This document shows positions 53,665 through 63,648 of a stretch of DNA of 64,000 nucleotides, piece by piece. Origin of the DNA: an uncultured Verrucomicrobiota bacterium (lineage in GTDB: Bacteria; Verrucomicrobiota; Kiritimatiellia; CAIQIC01; Lenti-01); contig CAZGMQ010000004.1 of assembly GCA_964526745.1 (NCBI GenBank), forward strand, positions 518 through 64,517, given 5' to 3'. The position numbers and the translations under genes are program-made. The notes beneath the pieces were generated by a model. The model was not told where the DNA came from and made no database searches. It saw only the letters and a list, made by a program, of their open reading frames with translations. Every line of letters starts with the position of its first letter. Positions within the stretch are counted from its first letter, which is position 1.

Positions 53665-54111
53665 TCAATAGGGAAGACGATACCCCGGACCCAGGGAGAA
53701 TGCATTTTCAATATGACGGATGACGGGATTTTTATCCCCGGGTTGTCCGACCACTTCTACCACATCGAACCGGATATGCGCCGGTTTGGCCTTGATCCGG
53801 TTCAGGTACCGGGCGGCCGCCCGGCCCAGAGACCGCCGTTTGTGGCGGTCCACGGCTGCCATCGGCCGGCCATAGTTTTCACTCCGGCGCGTTTTGACTT
53901 CCACAAACACCAGCACATCCGGGGCCGGGGAGCGGACCACCAAATCCAGCTCACAACGGGAGCCAAAGCGGACATTTTGTCCCAGGAGTTTATATCCCTT
54001 TTTCCGCAGTAGGTCGGCCGCCCGGGTTTCGCCCCAGGCGCCGATGCGCTGGGCTTCGGTGCGGGGACCTGTTGAGGTGCGGAACAGGCTGAATGGCCAG
54101 GGGAGCTTCAT
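53665..54111 (-). CDS. YraN family (UPF0102) endonuclease-like protein
   Basis: GAWGETRA, ELDLV, LVFVEVKTR, RFDVVEV; downstream of rnhB. Confidence 0.9.
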   Translation of the reverse strand: MKLPWPFSLFRTSTGPRTEAQRIGAWGETRAADLLRKKGYKLLGQNVRFGSRCELDLVVRSPAPDVLVFVEVKTRRSENYGRPMAAVDRHKRRSLGRAAARYLNRIKAKPAHIRFDVVEVVGQPGDKNPVIRHIENAFSLGPGYRLPY

Positions 54112-54113
54112 CT

Positions 54114-54749
54114 TCAGAACTGCAGGGTACGCTGGGCAACCGGCGCAAAGCTTTTGCGATGAATGGGACAGGGGCCCAGCCGCTGCAGGGCCTCCATATG
54201 GATCTGTGTGCCATATCCTTTGTGGCGTTCGAATCCATAGCCGGGATAGGTGGCCGCCATCTCCACCATCAGGCGGTCGCGCGTTACCTTGGCGATGACG
54301 CTGGCGGCGGCAATGGAGAGGCTGGCTGCATCGCCGCGGACAATGGCCTGATGCGGTACGGGCAGGCCCTTCACAGGGAGTCCATCCACCAGAGCCAGCT
54401 CCGGCAGGGAGGGCAGGGCTTCCAGCGCCCGGCGCATGCCCAGATGGGTGGCCCGCAAAATATTAATGGAATCGATTTCCTCGACGGAGGCGCTTCCGAT
54501 GCCGATTTGTGCATGGGGGCACTCCATGAGAAGGGCATAAAAAAACTCCCGGCGTTTGGCGGAGAGTTTTTTCGAATCGGTCAGCCCGTCGAGGGACTCG
54601 TTCGCTTCGGCTTTCAGAAAGGTTTTCTCAAAGACAACGGCTGAAGAAACAACAGGGCCGGCGAGCGGTCCGCGACCAGCTTCGTCGACCCCTGCGACGC
54701 GCGTGGCGCCGCTGTTCCAGACTTCCTGCTCATGTAGGAGCAAGGACAC
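54114..54749 (-). CDS. rnhB: Ribonuclease HII
   Basis: GVDEAGRGPLAGPV, DSKKL, INILRAT, VDG, GDA..SIAAASVIAKVTRD, HKGYGT. Confidence 0.97.
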   Translation of the reverse strand: MSLLLHEQEVWNSGATRVAGVDEAGRGPLAGPVVSSAVVFEKTFLKAEANESLDGLTDSKKLSAKRREFFYALLMECPHAQIGIGSASVEEIDSINILRATHLGMRRALEALPSLPELALVDGLPVKGLPVPHQAIVRGDAASLSIAAASVIAKVTRDRLMVEMAATYPGYGFERHKGYGTQIHMEALQRLGPCPIHRKSFAPVAQRTLQF

Positions 54750-54759
54750 AGGCTGGTCT

Positions 54760-55110
54760 CTACCTGCGGCGCTCTTTCAGGCGGCCTTTTTTGCCGGTGA
54801 GTTCGCGGAGGTAATACAGCTTCGCACGACGGATGGTCGCACTGCGTTCCACTTCCACCTTCGTCACGTAGGGGGAATGGACCGGGAATACACGTTCGAC
54901 GCCTTCGCCATAGGAAATACGGCGGACGGTGAAGGTCTCATTGGAGCTGCCGCCATCACGGGCGATCACGATACCGGCATAGACCTGCACGCGCTCTTTT
55001 TCGCCTTCTTTGATCTTCACATGGACGCGCACGGAATCACCCACATCGAATTCGGGAGGGGTTTCCTTGAGCTGGCTTTGTTCAACTTTTTCCAAAAGGG
55101 CAGTTTTCAT
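54760..55110 (-). CDS. rplS: 50S ribosomal protein L19
   Basis: FDVGDSVRVH, ETFTVRRISYGEGVERVFP, RRAKLYYLR. Confidence 0.99.
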   Translation of the reverse strand: MKTALLEKVEQSQLKETPPEFDVGDSVRVHVKIKEGEKERVQVYAGIVIARDGGSSNETFTVRRISYGEGVERVFPVHSPYVTKVEVERSATIRRAKLYYLRELTGKKGRLKERRR

Positions 55111-55143
55111 CGAGATTCCTTACTTCTATACAAACGAGTCGGC

Positions 55144-55171
55144 ATCATACGCGACTGCCGTTTGTCGTCAA
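55144..55171 (-). promoter_or_regulatory. Sigma70 promoter of rplS
   Basis: Minus strand TTGACG (55171-55166), 16-bp spacer, TATGAT (55149-55144). Confidence 0.75.
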
Positions 55172-55268
55172 GGGCAATGTATCGTCGGCGGGACGAAATT
55201 TGACTTCTGACGGCGGGAAAGGCTTGTTTTTCAGCGCTTTCGACGGCACACTCCGAAGCGAGTTGGAC

Positions 55269-55342
55269 GGGCCCTTAGCTCAGTTGGTCAGAGCGGAAGA
55301 CTCATAATCTTTTGGTCGCAGGTTCAAGTCCTGCAGGGCCCA
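55269..55342 (+). tRNA. tRNA-Ile2(CAT), lysidine type; CCA not encoded
   Basis: GGGCCCT/AGGGCCC acceptor, discriminator A, anticodon loop CTCATAA. Overall sequence resembles bacterial Ile2 rather than fMet (no C1:A72 mismatch, no GGG/CCC anticodon stem). Confidence 0.85.
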
Positions 55343-55438
55343 CTTTCTCTCCCCCCTCCCGGTTTCGGTCGTGGACCCGCGGTTTCACCGCGGGCCGGTC
55401 TTGCCCCGGCGATCTCCTTCCTGCACAATATCAGTCGT

Positions 55439-56350
55439 ATGACGTTGCTTCTGAATAACAAGGGGATGTGTGCGGGACTCCTCGGACTCCTGACGGGTCT
55501 GCTGAGTGTTTCCGCCGTCGCGCAATCCCGCTGTGTGGGCGATGAGGCGGGAGCTCTGTCATTTGTGGCAACCGGGCGGGTGCATGTATCCGATCCTTCC
55601 GAGGAGGATACCTCGGGTGAGGTGAGCATGCTGAAAACCTCCCTGTGGATGCCGTTTGGGCAAAAAGATTTTGGGTCGGTTCAATTTGCGGCGGGCGGAG
55701 GCGTGGCCTGGACCCGCTTTGAGTTTGATGGATTCCGCGGGAGCGAATCCGAGGATCTGATGAGTCTGGGCATTCCGCTGCTGCTTTCCCGCCCGAAGGG
55801 TGAGGGCTGGAGCGGCTTCATCAGCCTGATGCCGGTATGGAACAGTGATCTGCACTCGGGCCATTCGGTGGGAGGGAAACTGGTATTCCATTCGGCCGTG
55901 GAAATTCCGGTGGGCGAAACCGTTCGTCTGAATGTCGGCGTGGCCTATGACACCGCGTTTGGGCGGAACCGGTGGTATCCGGTCGGCGGAGTGATCTGGG
56001 CCATTCGTCCAGACCTGGAGATGCGGCTGGTGCTGCCGGCTCCGACCCTCTATTGGACGGCCTCCCGCGACTGGGGCCTGTTTGCTCTGGCGATGCCCGC
56101 GGGCAATCAGTGGAGCGTATTCGATGAAGAGGAAGAAGAAATGGTTTTCCAGACCGAGAGCTGGCGCGTGGGGCTGGGGGTGGAGCATCGTCTTTGGAAA
56201 CTCTGCTGGCTTCGGATTTCCGGCGGCATGGATGTCAATCGGCAGTATGAGTTCAGCCTAGACGACACGACCGTGTGGGAGTCGGACATCGGCGACACCT
56301 GGTACGCCTCCGCGGCCTTCGTTCTATACGGCGACCGCGCAGGCAAATGA
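55439..56350 (+). CDS. Outer-membrane beta-barrel protein (DUF6268-like)
   Basis: Signal-like N-terminus, many alternating aromatic beta-strands, WYPVGGVIW motif. Start uncertain (55439 or 55466). The family name is from recollection. Confidence 0.6.
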   Translation: MTLLLNNKGMCAGLLGLLTGLLSVSAVAQSRCVGDEAGALSFVATGRVHVSDPSEEDTSGEVSMLKTSLWMPFGQKDFGSVQFAAGGGVAWTRFEFDGFRGSESEDLMSLGIPLLLSRPKGEGWSGFISLMPVWNSDLHSGHSVGGKLVFHSAVEIPVGETVRLNVGVAYDTAFGRNRWYPVGGVIWAIRPDLEMRLVLPAPTLYWTASRDWGLFALAMPAGNQWSVFDEEEEEMVFQTESWRVGLGVEHRLWKLCWLRISGGMDVNRQYEFSLDDTTVWESDIGDTWYASAAFVLYGDRAGK

Positions 56351-56351
56351 T

Positions 56352-57686
56352 CTAGCGGGAGGAACGGCGCTTGGGTCCAGTGGGGGAACCGAAGGAGCGG
56401 GTCCCGCCGCCTGAATTCCGACCGCCCGGCTTGGCCCGGTGACCGCCGGCAGCACCCCGTCCGCCAGCCGGCCGCTGGGCCGGTTTTACGGCGGGCTTTC
56501 CGCCTGCTTTGGCCCGGGTCCCGCGGGACGGCCGTGGTTGCCGCACCGCTTTGGGCTCCGATTTCGCCACATAGGTGAAGCCGTCAATTTTGCGCCGTTC
56601 AATCTTGAACTTCAGCACGCGCTCAATGGCGCGCACGGTACTTTCGTCATCGTGCGTCATGAAGGTGAAGGCATCGCCGGTCTTGGCGGCCCGCCCGGTC
56701 CGACCGATGCGATGGGTGTAGTCATCCACGGTGGCGGGCATATCAAAATTGATGACATGGGAGATGTCAGAGACATCGATGCCGCGGGCGGCCAGATCGG
56801 TGGCCACCAGGACTTGGATTTCACCGGATTTGAAGCGGTCCAGTGCATTCTGTCGCTGGCGCTGCGAGAGGTTCCCCTGCAGGCTTGTGGCGCGATAGCC
56901 CGCCGTGACCAGTTGTACAGCGAGACGTTTGGCGCGATGTTTGGTGCGGGTGAACACCAGCACAGAACGGTTGTCGATTTGTCCCAGAATGGTCTGAAGC
57001 ATATTGGTTTTGCTGGTCTGGTTTACGGGATAGAGTGCGTGATCTACGGTTTCCGCCGGCTTGGAATGGGCGATCTGGACAATCACCGGTTTGTGCAGGA
57101 TCTCATCGATCAGATAGCGCAGTTCATTCGGCATTGTGGCGGAGAACAGCAGGATCTGGCGCTTGGCAGGCATGCGGTGCAGAATCTTGCGGATATCGGG
57201 AAGGAAACCCATGTCGAACATGCGGTCGGCTTCGTCCAGGACCAGCACTTCCACGTCATTCAAGTTGAACTTTCCCTGGCCCAGCAGATCCAGCAGGCGT
57301 CCGGGACAGGCAATCGCCAGCTCGGCGCCTCGGCGGACACCCTGTATTTGCGGGCTGGCGCCCACGCCACCGTAAATGGTGACGCAGCGTAGGCGGGTTC
57401 GATCGCCCAGCTTATTGAAGACGTCCTTGGTCTGCTCTGCCAGCTCACGGGTGGGGCCGACAATCAGCGTACGCAGCTTGTGTCGGGGGCCGTTCATCAG
57501 GCGCTCGAGCACCGGCAGGATGAAGGCCGCGGTTTTACCCGTGCCGGTCTGGGCCAGGCCAACGACATCGCGTCCCTCGAGAATGGGCGGAATGGCTTTC
57601 TTCTGGATGGGGGTGGATACGGTGTAGCCCTGATCCTGAATATTTTTCTGGAGCTGAGGGTTTAGGTCTATGGTATGAAAAGGCAT
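56352..57686 (-). CDS. DEAD-box RNA helicase (RhlE-like) with basic Gly/Arg tail
   Basis: Start MPFHTIDL at 57686; Q motif, AQTGTGKT, PTRELA, LDEADRM, SAT, HRIGRTGRA. Confidence 0.96.
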   Translation of the reverse strand: MPFHTIDLNPQLQKNIQDQGYTVSTPIQKKAIPPILEGRDVVGLAQTGTGKTAAFILPVLERLMNGPRHKLRTLIVGPTRELAEQTKDVFNKLGDRTRLRCVTIYGGVGASPQIQGVRRGAELAIACPGRLLDLLGQGKFNLNDVEVLVLDEADRMFDMGFLPDIRKILHRMPAKRQILLFSATMPNELRYLIDEILHKPVIVQIAHSKPAETVDHALYPVNQTSKTNMLQTILGQIDNRSVLVFTRTKHRAKRLAVQLVTAGYRATSLQGNLSQRQRQNALDRFKSGEIQVLVATDLAARGIDVSDISHVINFDMPATVDDYTHRIGRTGRAAKTGDAFTFMTHDDESTVRAIERVLKFKIERRKIDGFTYVAKSEPKAVRQPRPSRGTRAKAGGKPAVKPAQRPAGGRGAAGGHRAKPGGRNSGGGTRSFGSPTGPKRRSSR

Positions 57687-57909
57687 GGGGGGAATCTCCG
57701 GTGGCAAACGACAAACGGTGGCCGTTTGCAGCGCCAACGGGCTGCCTGACCACTGCGCCCGGCGCGCAGGGAAGCGCTGGAAACAATAGTTGAACACGGC
57801 CACCCCTTCGAGCCCTGCAATAAATGGGGGGAGGCTCATTGCGCCTTTCGGGCAACGGAAGACGCACCCTACAGCACCCCGGTGGGCTTGTCCAGCCCTG
57901 TGAATGTGT

Positions 57910-58296
57910 TTAAATCTGGTCGATGACGCGCTGCAGTTTCTCCGCCACCTCGCCGCCGATATGCCACAGATCTGGGTTCGCCACGGCCTTCATGCTTTCC
58001 AGCGGATTGATGGCGGAGACTTCAACCTGACCATCCTCGTGCTCTTGCACAATGACATTGCAGGGAAGCATGGTTCCGATCCAACTTTCGGTTTGAAGAG
58101 CTTGAAGGGCAAATGTTGGATTACAGGCCCCGAGAATCTGATAACGTCGGAAGTCAGCCCCAATGGTTTTCTTAAAGGCGGCCTGAATATCCACATGGGT
58201 GAGAACCCCGAAGCCCTCCTTGTCCAGTTCTTCCCGAACCTTGGCAATGGCCTCGTCAAATCCCAGCGCCGTCTTCTTCGTAAAGTAATAGCTCAT
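57910..58296 (-). CDS. DUF302 domain protein
   Basis: Start MSYYFTKK; EGFGVLTHVDI, YQILGACNP, IGTMLPCNVIV. Confidence 0.9.
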   Translation of the reverse strand: MSYYFTKKTALGFDEAIAKVREELDKEGFGVLTHVDIQAAFKKTIGADFRRYQILGACNPTFALQALQTESWIGTMLPCNVIVQEHEDGQVEVSAINPLESMKAVANPDLWHIGGEVAEKLQRVIDQI

Positions 58297-58426
58297 AGGT
58301 CGGTGCCTCCATCTCCGAGGGTACGCCAAAAAACGGACGGGTCAAGACGGGAAGAACCGGCTGCAAACGAAAGCGCAGTCCCGCCGGAGCGGAACTGCGC
58401 CAGAGGCACCCGTGCTCTGAAACCGT

Positions 58427-59023
58427 TTATTTCAACGCATCGCGTCCGAGTTCGAAGGCCTTCAGGTTCACGTCGAGCCATTTGGCGGGGACACGGCCCT
58501 TGATGGCGGCAATCCAGTTCTCTCCCTCGAATGGCACGAGAGTGGAGAGGGCTCCGGCCATCACCAGGTTGGCTGTGCGCAGGTTGCCGGCCTTTTTTGC
58601 CAGCGGATTCGCATCCACCAGCAGTAGGCCGGGGGTTGCGGCTAAGCGCTCCGATACATTTTCTGCGGCTGGCTGCAGTCCGCTCGACACCGTGATGGGA
58701 ATCCGATCCATGTCGTTGACCAGGATTTTGGCCTCGGGCTTGGCCAGATGCACCCAGCGAAGGGCTTCCATCCTCTCGAACGAAACGAGGAGATCGGAGG
58801 CGCCATCCGGAATGATCGGCGAAAAGACCTTGGGGCCAAAACGCACTTGGCTGATCACCGATCCGCCGCGTTGGGACATGCCGTGGATTTCGGACTTCTT
58901 TACATCGTGACCGGCATGCATGGCGGCGCGCGCCAGGATATCAGAGGTCAGCAGAATGCCTTGTCCGCCGACGCCAACAAGAGAAATATTGAAGAGGGAT
59001 TCGTTAGAATTGGAGGTGGTCAT
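58427..59023 (-). CDS. iorB: Indolepyruvate:ferredoxin oxidoreductase subunit beta
   Basis: GVGGQGILL, KKSEIHGMSQRGGSV, FERMEALR, NLKAFELG. Confidence 0.93.
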   Translation of the reverse strand: MTTSNSNESLFNISLVGVGGQGILLTSDILARAAMHAGHDVKKSEIHGMSQRGGSVISQVRFGPKVFSPIIPDGASDLLVSFERMEALRWVHLAKPEAKILVNDMDRIPITVSSGLQPAAENVSERLAATPGLLLVDANPLAKKAGNLRTANLVMAGALSTLVPFEGENWIAAIKGRVPAKWLDVNLKAFELGRDALK

Positions 59024-59038
59024 GGGGTTTCCTTCCAG

Positions 59039-60814
59039 TTATTTCACGGGGGAGATGGCGTCGAACGGGCAAACCTGCGCGCAGAGGTTGCACCCGGTAC
59101 AGAATTGAGGGTCGATAAACGCCTTGAAGCGTTTGCCGTCCGGGGTCGCTTCACCGCGAACAATGGTCGGGCAGCCGATGCGGAAACACGCGCCGCAGGC
59201 CTTGCACTTGTCTGGGTCGACTTCATTGATGAATTTGCCGGCCCATTTTTCATGCAGGACACAGGGCCCCTTGACCACAATCACAGCGGTTTCGTCGCAG
59301 TCAAGGCACTCCTTGAAGACCTGCTCCATCTTTTCCAGGTCATAGGGTTCCAGTTCGTGTACGCGGCTGATGCCGAAGGAACGTGCCACATCTGCCACTT
59401 TGACCTTGGTGGAAATCTCACCCAGCAGCGTGTTACCGGTGCCGGGATTGTGCTGATGTCCGGTCATCGCGGTGATCCGGTTATCCATGACAACAATCGT
59501 GATGGCGCCCTTGTTATAGGCCACATCCAGCAGGCCGGTCATGCCGGAATGGAAAAAGGTGGAATCGCCCAGGACCGCTGCGATGCGCTTGTTGGGGTGT
59601 CCCGCCTTGCGCATGCCGAAGGCCGTTCCGATGGAAGCGCCCATGCAGATGCAGGTGTCCATGGAGTTCAGCGGCGGGAAGGCTCCGAGCGTGTAGCAGC
59701 CGATATCGCCGCAGACCGTTGCCTTCAGCTTGGAGAGAATATGAAAAGGACCGCGATGCGTGCAACCCGAGCAGAGGACCGGGGGCCGGGTGGGGATGCC
59801 TTCTTCCGGGGTATGGGCCAGTGCCGGTGCCGGTGTGCCCAGCAGTTCGGCGCGGAGAGCCGCCAGCCGTGTGGGGTTCAGCTCCATCATTCGGAGTTCA
59901 GTTTCGGGTTCAAACACATCGATTCCAGCAGCACGGAGTTGGTCGGCGATGACCGGGTCGGATTCCTCAACGCAGACCAGTTTCTTCACGTCCGCCGCAA
60001 AGGCTCGGATTTTTTCGATAGGCGGGGGATAGGACAGTCCTACCTTGAAGATGGAATACTCAGGGAAGACTTCCTTGGCATGCTGATAGGCCATCCCGGA
60101 GGCCACAATGCCCAGATCCGTCTGGCCCGGTTCGGCGCGATTGAATTCCGAGGTCTCGGACAGTTCGCGCAGGGCGGCCGAGCGCTTTTCTACGCTGTAG
60201 CGCATCAGGCGGCCGAACGCCGGCACGGCGACGTTGCGCTGGACATTCTTCACATAGGGGATGGCATCGGCTTCGCCTTGCTCCTCGGAGCCGATATCCA
60301 CAATCGTGGAGGTGTGGGAGGTTCGTGTCGTTAGGCGCACAATTACCGGCACCTGGAACTCTTCGCTCAGCTTGAAGCCGGCACTCACCATGTCAAAGGC
60401 CTCCTGGGAATCCGCGGCCTCGAGCAGCAGGCAGCGGGCGAATTTGGCCAGGGACCGGTTGTCCTGCTCATTCTGCGAGGAGTGCATGCTGGGATCATCG
60501 GCATTCACAATCACCATGCCGCCGATCGCGCCGACATTCGTGAACGTCATCAAGGGGTCCATCGCCACATTCAGGCCCACATGCTTCATGGCCACCAGGG
60601 TCCGGACACCGGCCAGGGAGGAGCCGACGCCCACTTCCATGGCGACCTTTTCATTCACAGACCACTCACAGTTGATGGCACCGTCAAATTTGGCGACATT
60701 TTCCATGATCTCGGTGGAGGGGGTGCCGGGATAGGCGGCCGCAACGCGACAGCCGCTGCGATAGGCGGCCCAGGCGACCGCTTCATTGGCAGAAAGGAGC
60801 ATTTTTTTCGTCAT
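59039..60814 (-). CDS. iorA: Indolepyruvate:ferredoxin oxidoreductase subunit alpha
   Basis: YPGTPSTEI, NEKVAME, MKHVGLNVA, SQNEQDNR, RPPVLCSGC, GDIGCY, LGDSTFFHSG; two C-terminal 4Fe-4S motifs. Confidence 0.95.
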   Translation of the reverse strand: MTKKMLLSANEAVAWAAYRSGCRVAAAYPGTPSTEIMENVAKFDGAINCEWSVNEKVAMEVGVGSSLAGVRTLVAMKHVGLNVAMDPLMTFTNVGAIGGMVIVNADDPSMHSSQNEQDNRSLAKFARCLLLEAADSQEAFDMVSAGFKLSEEFQVPVIVRLTTRTSHTSTIVDIGSEEQGEADAIPYVKNVQRNVAVPAFGRLMRYSVEKRSAALRELSETSEFNRAEPGQTDLGIVASGMAYQHAKEVFPEYSIFKVGLSYPPPIEKIRAFAADVKKLVCVEESDPVIADQLRAAGIDVFEPETELRMMELNPTRLAALRAELLGTPAPALAHTPEEGIPTRPPVLCSGCTHRGPFHILSKLKATVCGDIGCYTLGAFPPLNSMDTCICMGASIGTAFGMRKAGHPNKRIAAVLGDSTFFHSGMTGLLDVAYNKGAITIVVMDNRITAMTGHQHNPGTGNTLLGEISTKVKVADVARSFGISRVHELEPYDLEKMEQVFKECLDCDETAVIVVKGPCVLHEKWAGKFINEVDPDKCKACGACFRIGCPTIVRGEATPDGKRFKAFIDPQFCTGCNLCAQVCPFDAISPVK

Positions 60815-60973
60815 AATTGAATCCAGTTCAGGGGTTCACAATACCGTCACAAAGTTGGGCGCGACTGTAGCATCGGCCAGAATATCCGAAAAGCAGGAAA
60901 ACGGGGGAGCGGATGGCCGACCCCGGGTGTCGCGGGTTGTGGCATCGGCTGCGCTCTGATAGAGTTTGCCGCT

Positions 60974-62110
60974 ATGACAACACCCTTTCAGATGATTGAA
61001 TCGCCCGCCGCCCTGCAGCAGATGATCGAGCGCCTGCAGACCGAGTCCTGTATCGCCCTCGACACCGAATTCGTATGGGATCGCACCTACTATGCGCGCC
61101 TCGGCCTCGTCCAGATCGGCCTGACCGATGGATCCAGCTATCTGATTGATCCCGTTGCGATTCAGGATCTGACGCCTCTCGGTGCCGTGCTGGAAAACCC
61201 CGGGATCGTCAAAATTCTGCACGATGCCCCGCAGGATCTGATGATCATGCGTCGCGCCACCGGCGCCACGACCCACAACATCTTTGATACCCGTATGGCA
61301 GCCGGCTTTGCCGGGTTGCTCTCAACGCTTTCACTGGCCAACCTGTTGGTGGAACTGGTCGGCGTGCAGCTGGCCAAGGCCCATACCCGTGCGAACTGGA
61401 TTGCCCGCCCCCTGTCACCGGACGAATTGGAATATGCCGCTGACGATGTGCGCTACCTGCCGAAAGTCATGGAATTGATCCGCGAGCGGGCGAAAGAGGC
61501 CGGCGTGGAAGCTTGGCTGAATGAGGCGCTGTCCGCCCTCGATGCCTCGGCGCTCTATGAAGAGAAGGCCTCTGACGAAATGTACCTGAAGCTCCGCATT
61601 TCTCAGCCGCTTCCGCAAAAGAATCTTGCCGCGCTGCGCGCACTGGCCGCCTGGCGGGAAGAGAAAGCCCGGACGGCTGATCTTCCCCGTCGCTGGCTGC
61701 TGGATGATAAGGACTTGGCTCTGATTGCCGCTCAGCTGCCGCAGAATCTGGATGAGCTGTCGCAAATCAAACGACTCGGTCCCGAGACCGCGAAACGGAA
61801 TGGGGAAGACCTGGTCAAGGTTGTCCAGGAAGCGCTGGCGCTCCCGGAAGCCGATTGGCCGCCGCTGTTCTTCCAGCCCAGCCGCGATTCGGAGCTCAAG
61901 AAGTCCGTCGATGCCGCGCTGAAGGACATCGCAACCAAGGCCGAGGAAAAGAAAATCGATCCGGCTCTCGTCTGCAGTCGGAAAGAGTTGGCGAAGCTCC
62001 TCCAGGAGGGGGCCGCGGCTAAACCCGAAGATTATGCCCTGCTGCAAGGCTGGCGCGCCGAATTTTTGGGCGATTTGCTCGCCAAATATCTCCCCCAAGG
62101 CCTGTTTTAG
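60974..62110 (+). CDS. rnd: Ribonuclease D with HRDC domains
   Basis: ALDTEF, LVQIG, LHDAPQD, FDT..AA, NWIARPL, YAADDV; HRDC helices follow. Confidence 0.93.
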   Translation: MTTPFQMIESPAALQQMIERLQTESCIALDTEFVWDRTYYARLGLVQIGLTDGSSYLIDPVAIQDLTPLGAVLENPGIVKILHDAPQDLMIMRRATGATTHNIFDTRMAAGFAGLLSTLSLANLLVELVGVQLAKAHTRANWIARPLSPDELEYAADDVRYLPKVMELIRERAKEAGVEAWLNEALSALDASALYEEKASDEMYLKLRISQPLPQKNLAALRALAAWREEKARTADLPRRWLLDDKDLALIAAQLPQNLDELSQIKRLGPETAKRNGEDLVKVVQEALALPEADWPPLFFQPSRDSELKKSVDAALKDIATKAEEKKIDPALVCSRKELAKLLQEGAAAKPEDYALLQGWRAEFLGDLLAKYLPQGLF

Positions 62111-62319
62111 ACCTGTTTTGGACTCAAATTACGGGTTTTCACTAAGAAAAACATGAATTCAGCGAAAAGGGGAGGGAAAGCCATCCAATCCTGATTTTTC
62201 CGGCGGCGAAGCCCACTCTTGAACTCTTTCCTTCGTGACTTCGTGTGAGGGGCGTCTTCGGCGGTTTTCTTCTTTCGCGCCTTTTCGCGAGATTCGTTGT
62301 GGGAATCTTGTCCTCAGCC

Positions 62320-63648
62320 TTATGGAGGCGGAAGAGTGGAGAGGAGCGCTTCTTTGTCTGTGTCGCCTTCGAGCTGCCGGTCGTAGAGGGCCTGAAGCAT
62401 CTTCGAGAACTCAGGGCCGGGTTTGTGCCCCTGATCGATTAGATCGCGTCCTGTGACCAGCGGTGTTGGCAAAACGGGCTCTGCGGCAAACTCCTCGCGG
62501 GCCTCCAGCAGGAAATCATAGATGGTCAGCAGCGAATGCGACGAGAGGCAGTCGAGGCGGTGGAGCGCCAAATCATTTTCAAAAGTTGGCGCACCGATGA
62601 GCCGCCGGAGTTTCGCTTTCCGCATCTTGGGCGCATCTGCGAGGCGCATGTGGTTGCCGATGACCGTGCAGACTTCATCGATCAGCGCATTCGGGGCACG
62701 GAGACGGTTCAGAATTTCGCGGGTCATGTCGGCGCCGACGGAGGCGTGACACTCAAAGCGCCAGCGCGGTGTGCCATCCGGTAGTGTGATCAAATTGGCC
62801 GTGGGCGGCTTGCCGACATCGTGAAACAGGACGGACAGCGCCAGCTCCAGCGAGGGGTTGTCGGGCAGTCCATCCAGCATCAGGCGGGTATGGATGAAGA
62901 CATCCCCTTCAGGGTGGAACTCGGGGGGCTGTTCCACACCGATCATCACATCGATTTCAGGAAGGATCTCTTTCAGCAGGCCGGATTCCTGCAGCAGTTG
63001 CAGGGCTTCGCCGGCCTTCTTCGATTCGGTCAGCAGCCGGAACAGTTCATCGCGGATGCGTTCGGCACTGATCCGCTTAATCTGCGGGGCAAGATCTTGG
63101 ATGGCCGCAAACGTCTCCGGCTCAACCGTAAAGCCTAGGGTGGAGGCGAAGCGGACCGCGCGCAGCATGCGCAGGTGATCTTCTGCAAACCGCACCTTGG
63201 GATCACCGATGGCGCGGATGAGCTGGGCGTCGAGGTCGGCACGACCTTCAACAAAATCAAGGATCTCTCCGTTGTCCGGGTCCAGGAAGAGGGCGTTGAT
63301 CGTAAAATCGCGGCGGAGCGCGTCTTCCCTCGCATGGGTGAAGGTGACCCCTTCGGGATGTCGACCATCGGCATAAGGGGCGTCGGCGCGATATGTGGCC
63401 ACCTCCACCGGCTTTTCTCCGGTTGTAGTGACCACGGCAATGATGCCGAAGGCCTTGCCGATATCCAGCGTCCTGGGAAAGAGGGCTTCGATTTGATCCG
63501 GGAGCGCGCTCGTCGCGATATCGTAATCTTTGGGCGTACGCTTCAGCAGCAGGTCCCGGACGCATCCGCCGACCAGAAAGACCTCATGTCCATTCTTCTT
63601 GAGGACGTCCAGAATATGCCGGGTTGCAGATGGAAGCGTCAGGTTCAA
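62320..63648 (-). CDS. cca: CCA tRNA nucleotidyltransferase / poly(A) polymerase family, with HD-like domain
   Basis: VGGCVRD, DYDIAT, RRDFTINAL, EDHLRMLRAVRF, ERIRDEL, HPEGDV, FHDVGKP; TTG start overlaps the xth stop. Confidence 0.9.
   Translation of the reverse strand: MNLTLPSATRHILDVLKKNGHEVFLVGGCVRDLLLKRTPKDYDIATSALPDQIEALFPRTLDIGKAFGIIAVVTTTGEKPVEVATYRADAPYADGRHPEGVTFTHAREDALRRDFTINALFLDPDNGEILDFVEGRADLDAQLIRAIGDPKVRFAEDHLRMLRAVRFASTLGFTVEPETFAAIQDLAPQIKRISAERIRDELFRLLTESKKAGEALQLLQESGLLKEILPEIDVMIGVEQPPEFHPEGDVFIHTRLMLDGLPDNPSLELALSVLFHDVGKPPTANLITLPDGTPRWRFECHASVGADMTREILNRLRAPNALIDEVCTVIGNHMRLADAPKMRKAKLRRLIGAPTFENDLALHRLDCLSSHSLLTIYDFLLEAREEFAAEPVLPTPLVTGRDLIDQGHKPGPEFSKMLQALYDRQLEGDTDKEALLSTLPPP

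Noticed and set aside
55269-55342. CAT tRNA as initiator or elongator tRNA-Met
   Set aside because: It has a paired 1:72 position and lacks the three G-C anticodon-stem pairs of fMet. The overall sequence fits Ile2 better, although elongator Met cannot be fully excluded without a covariance-model search.
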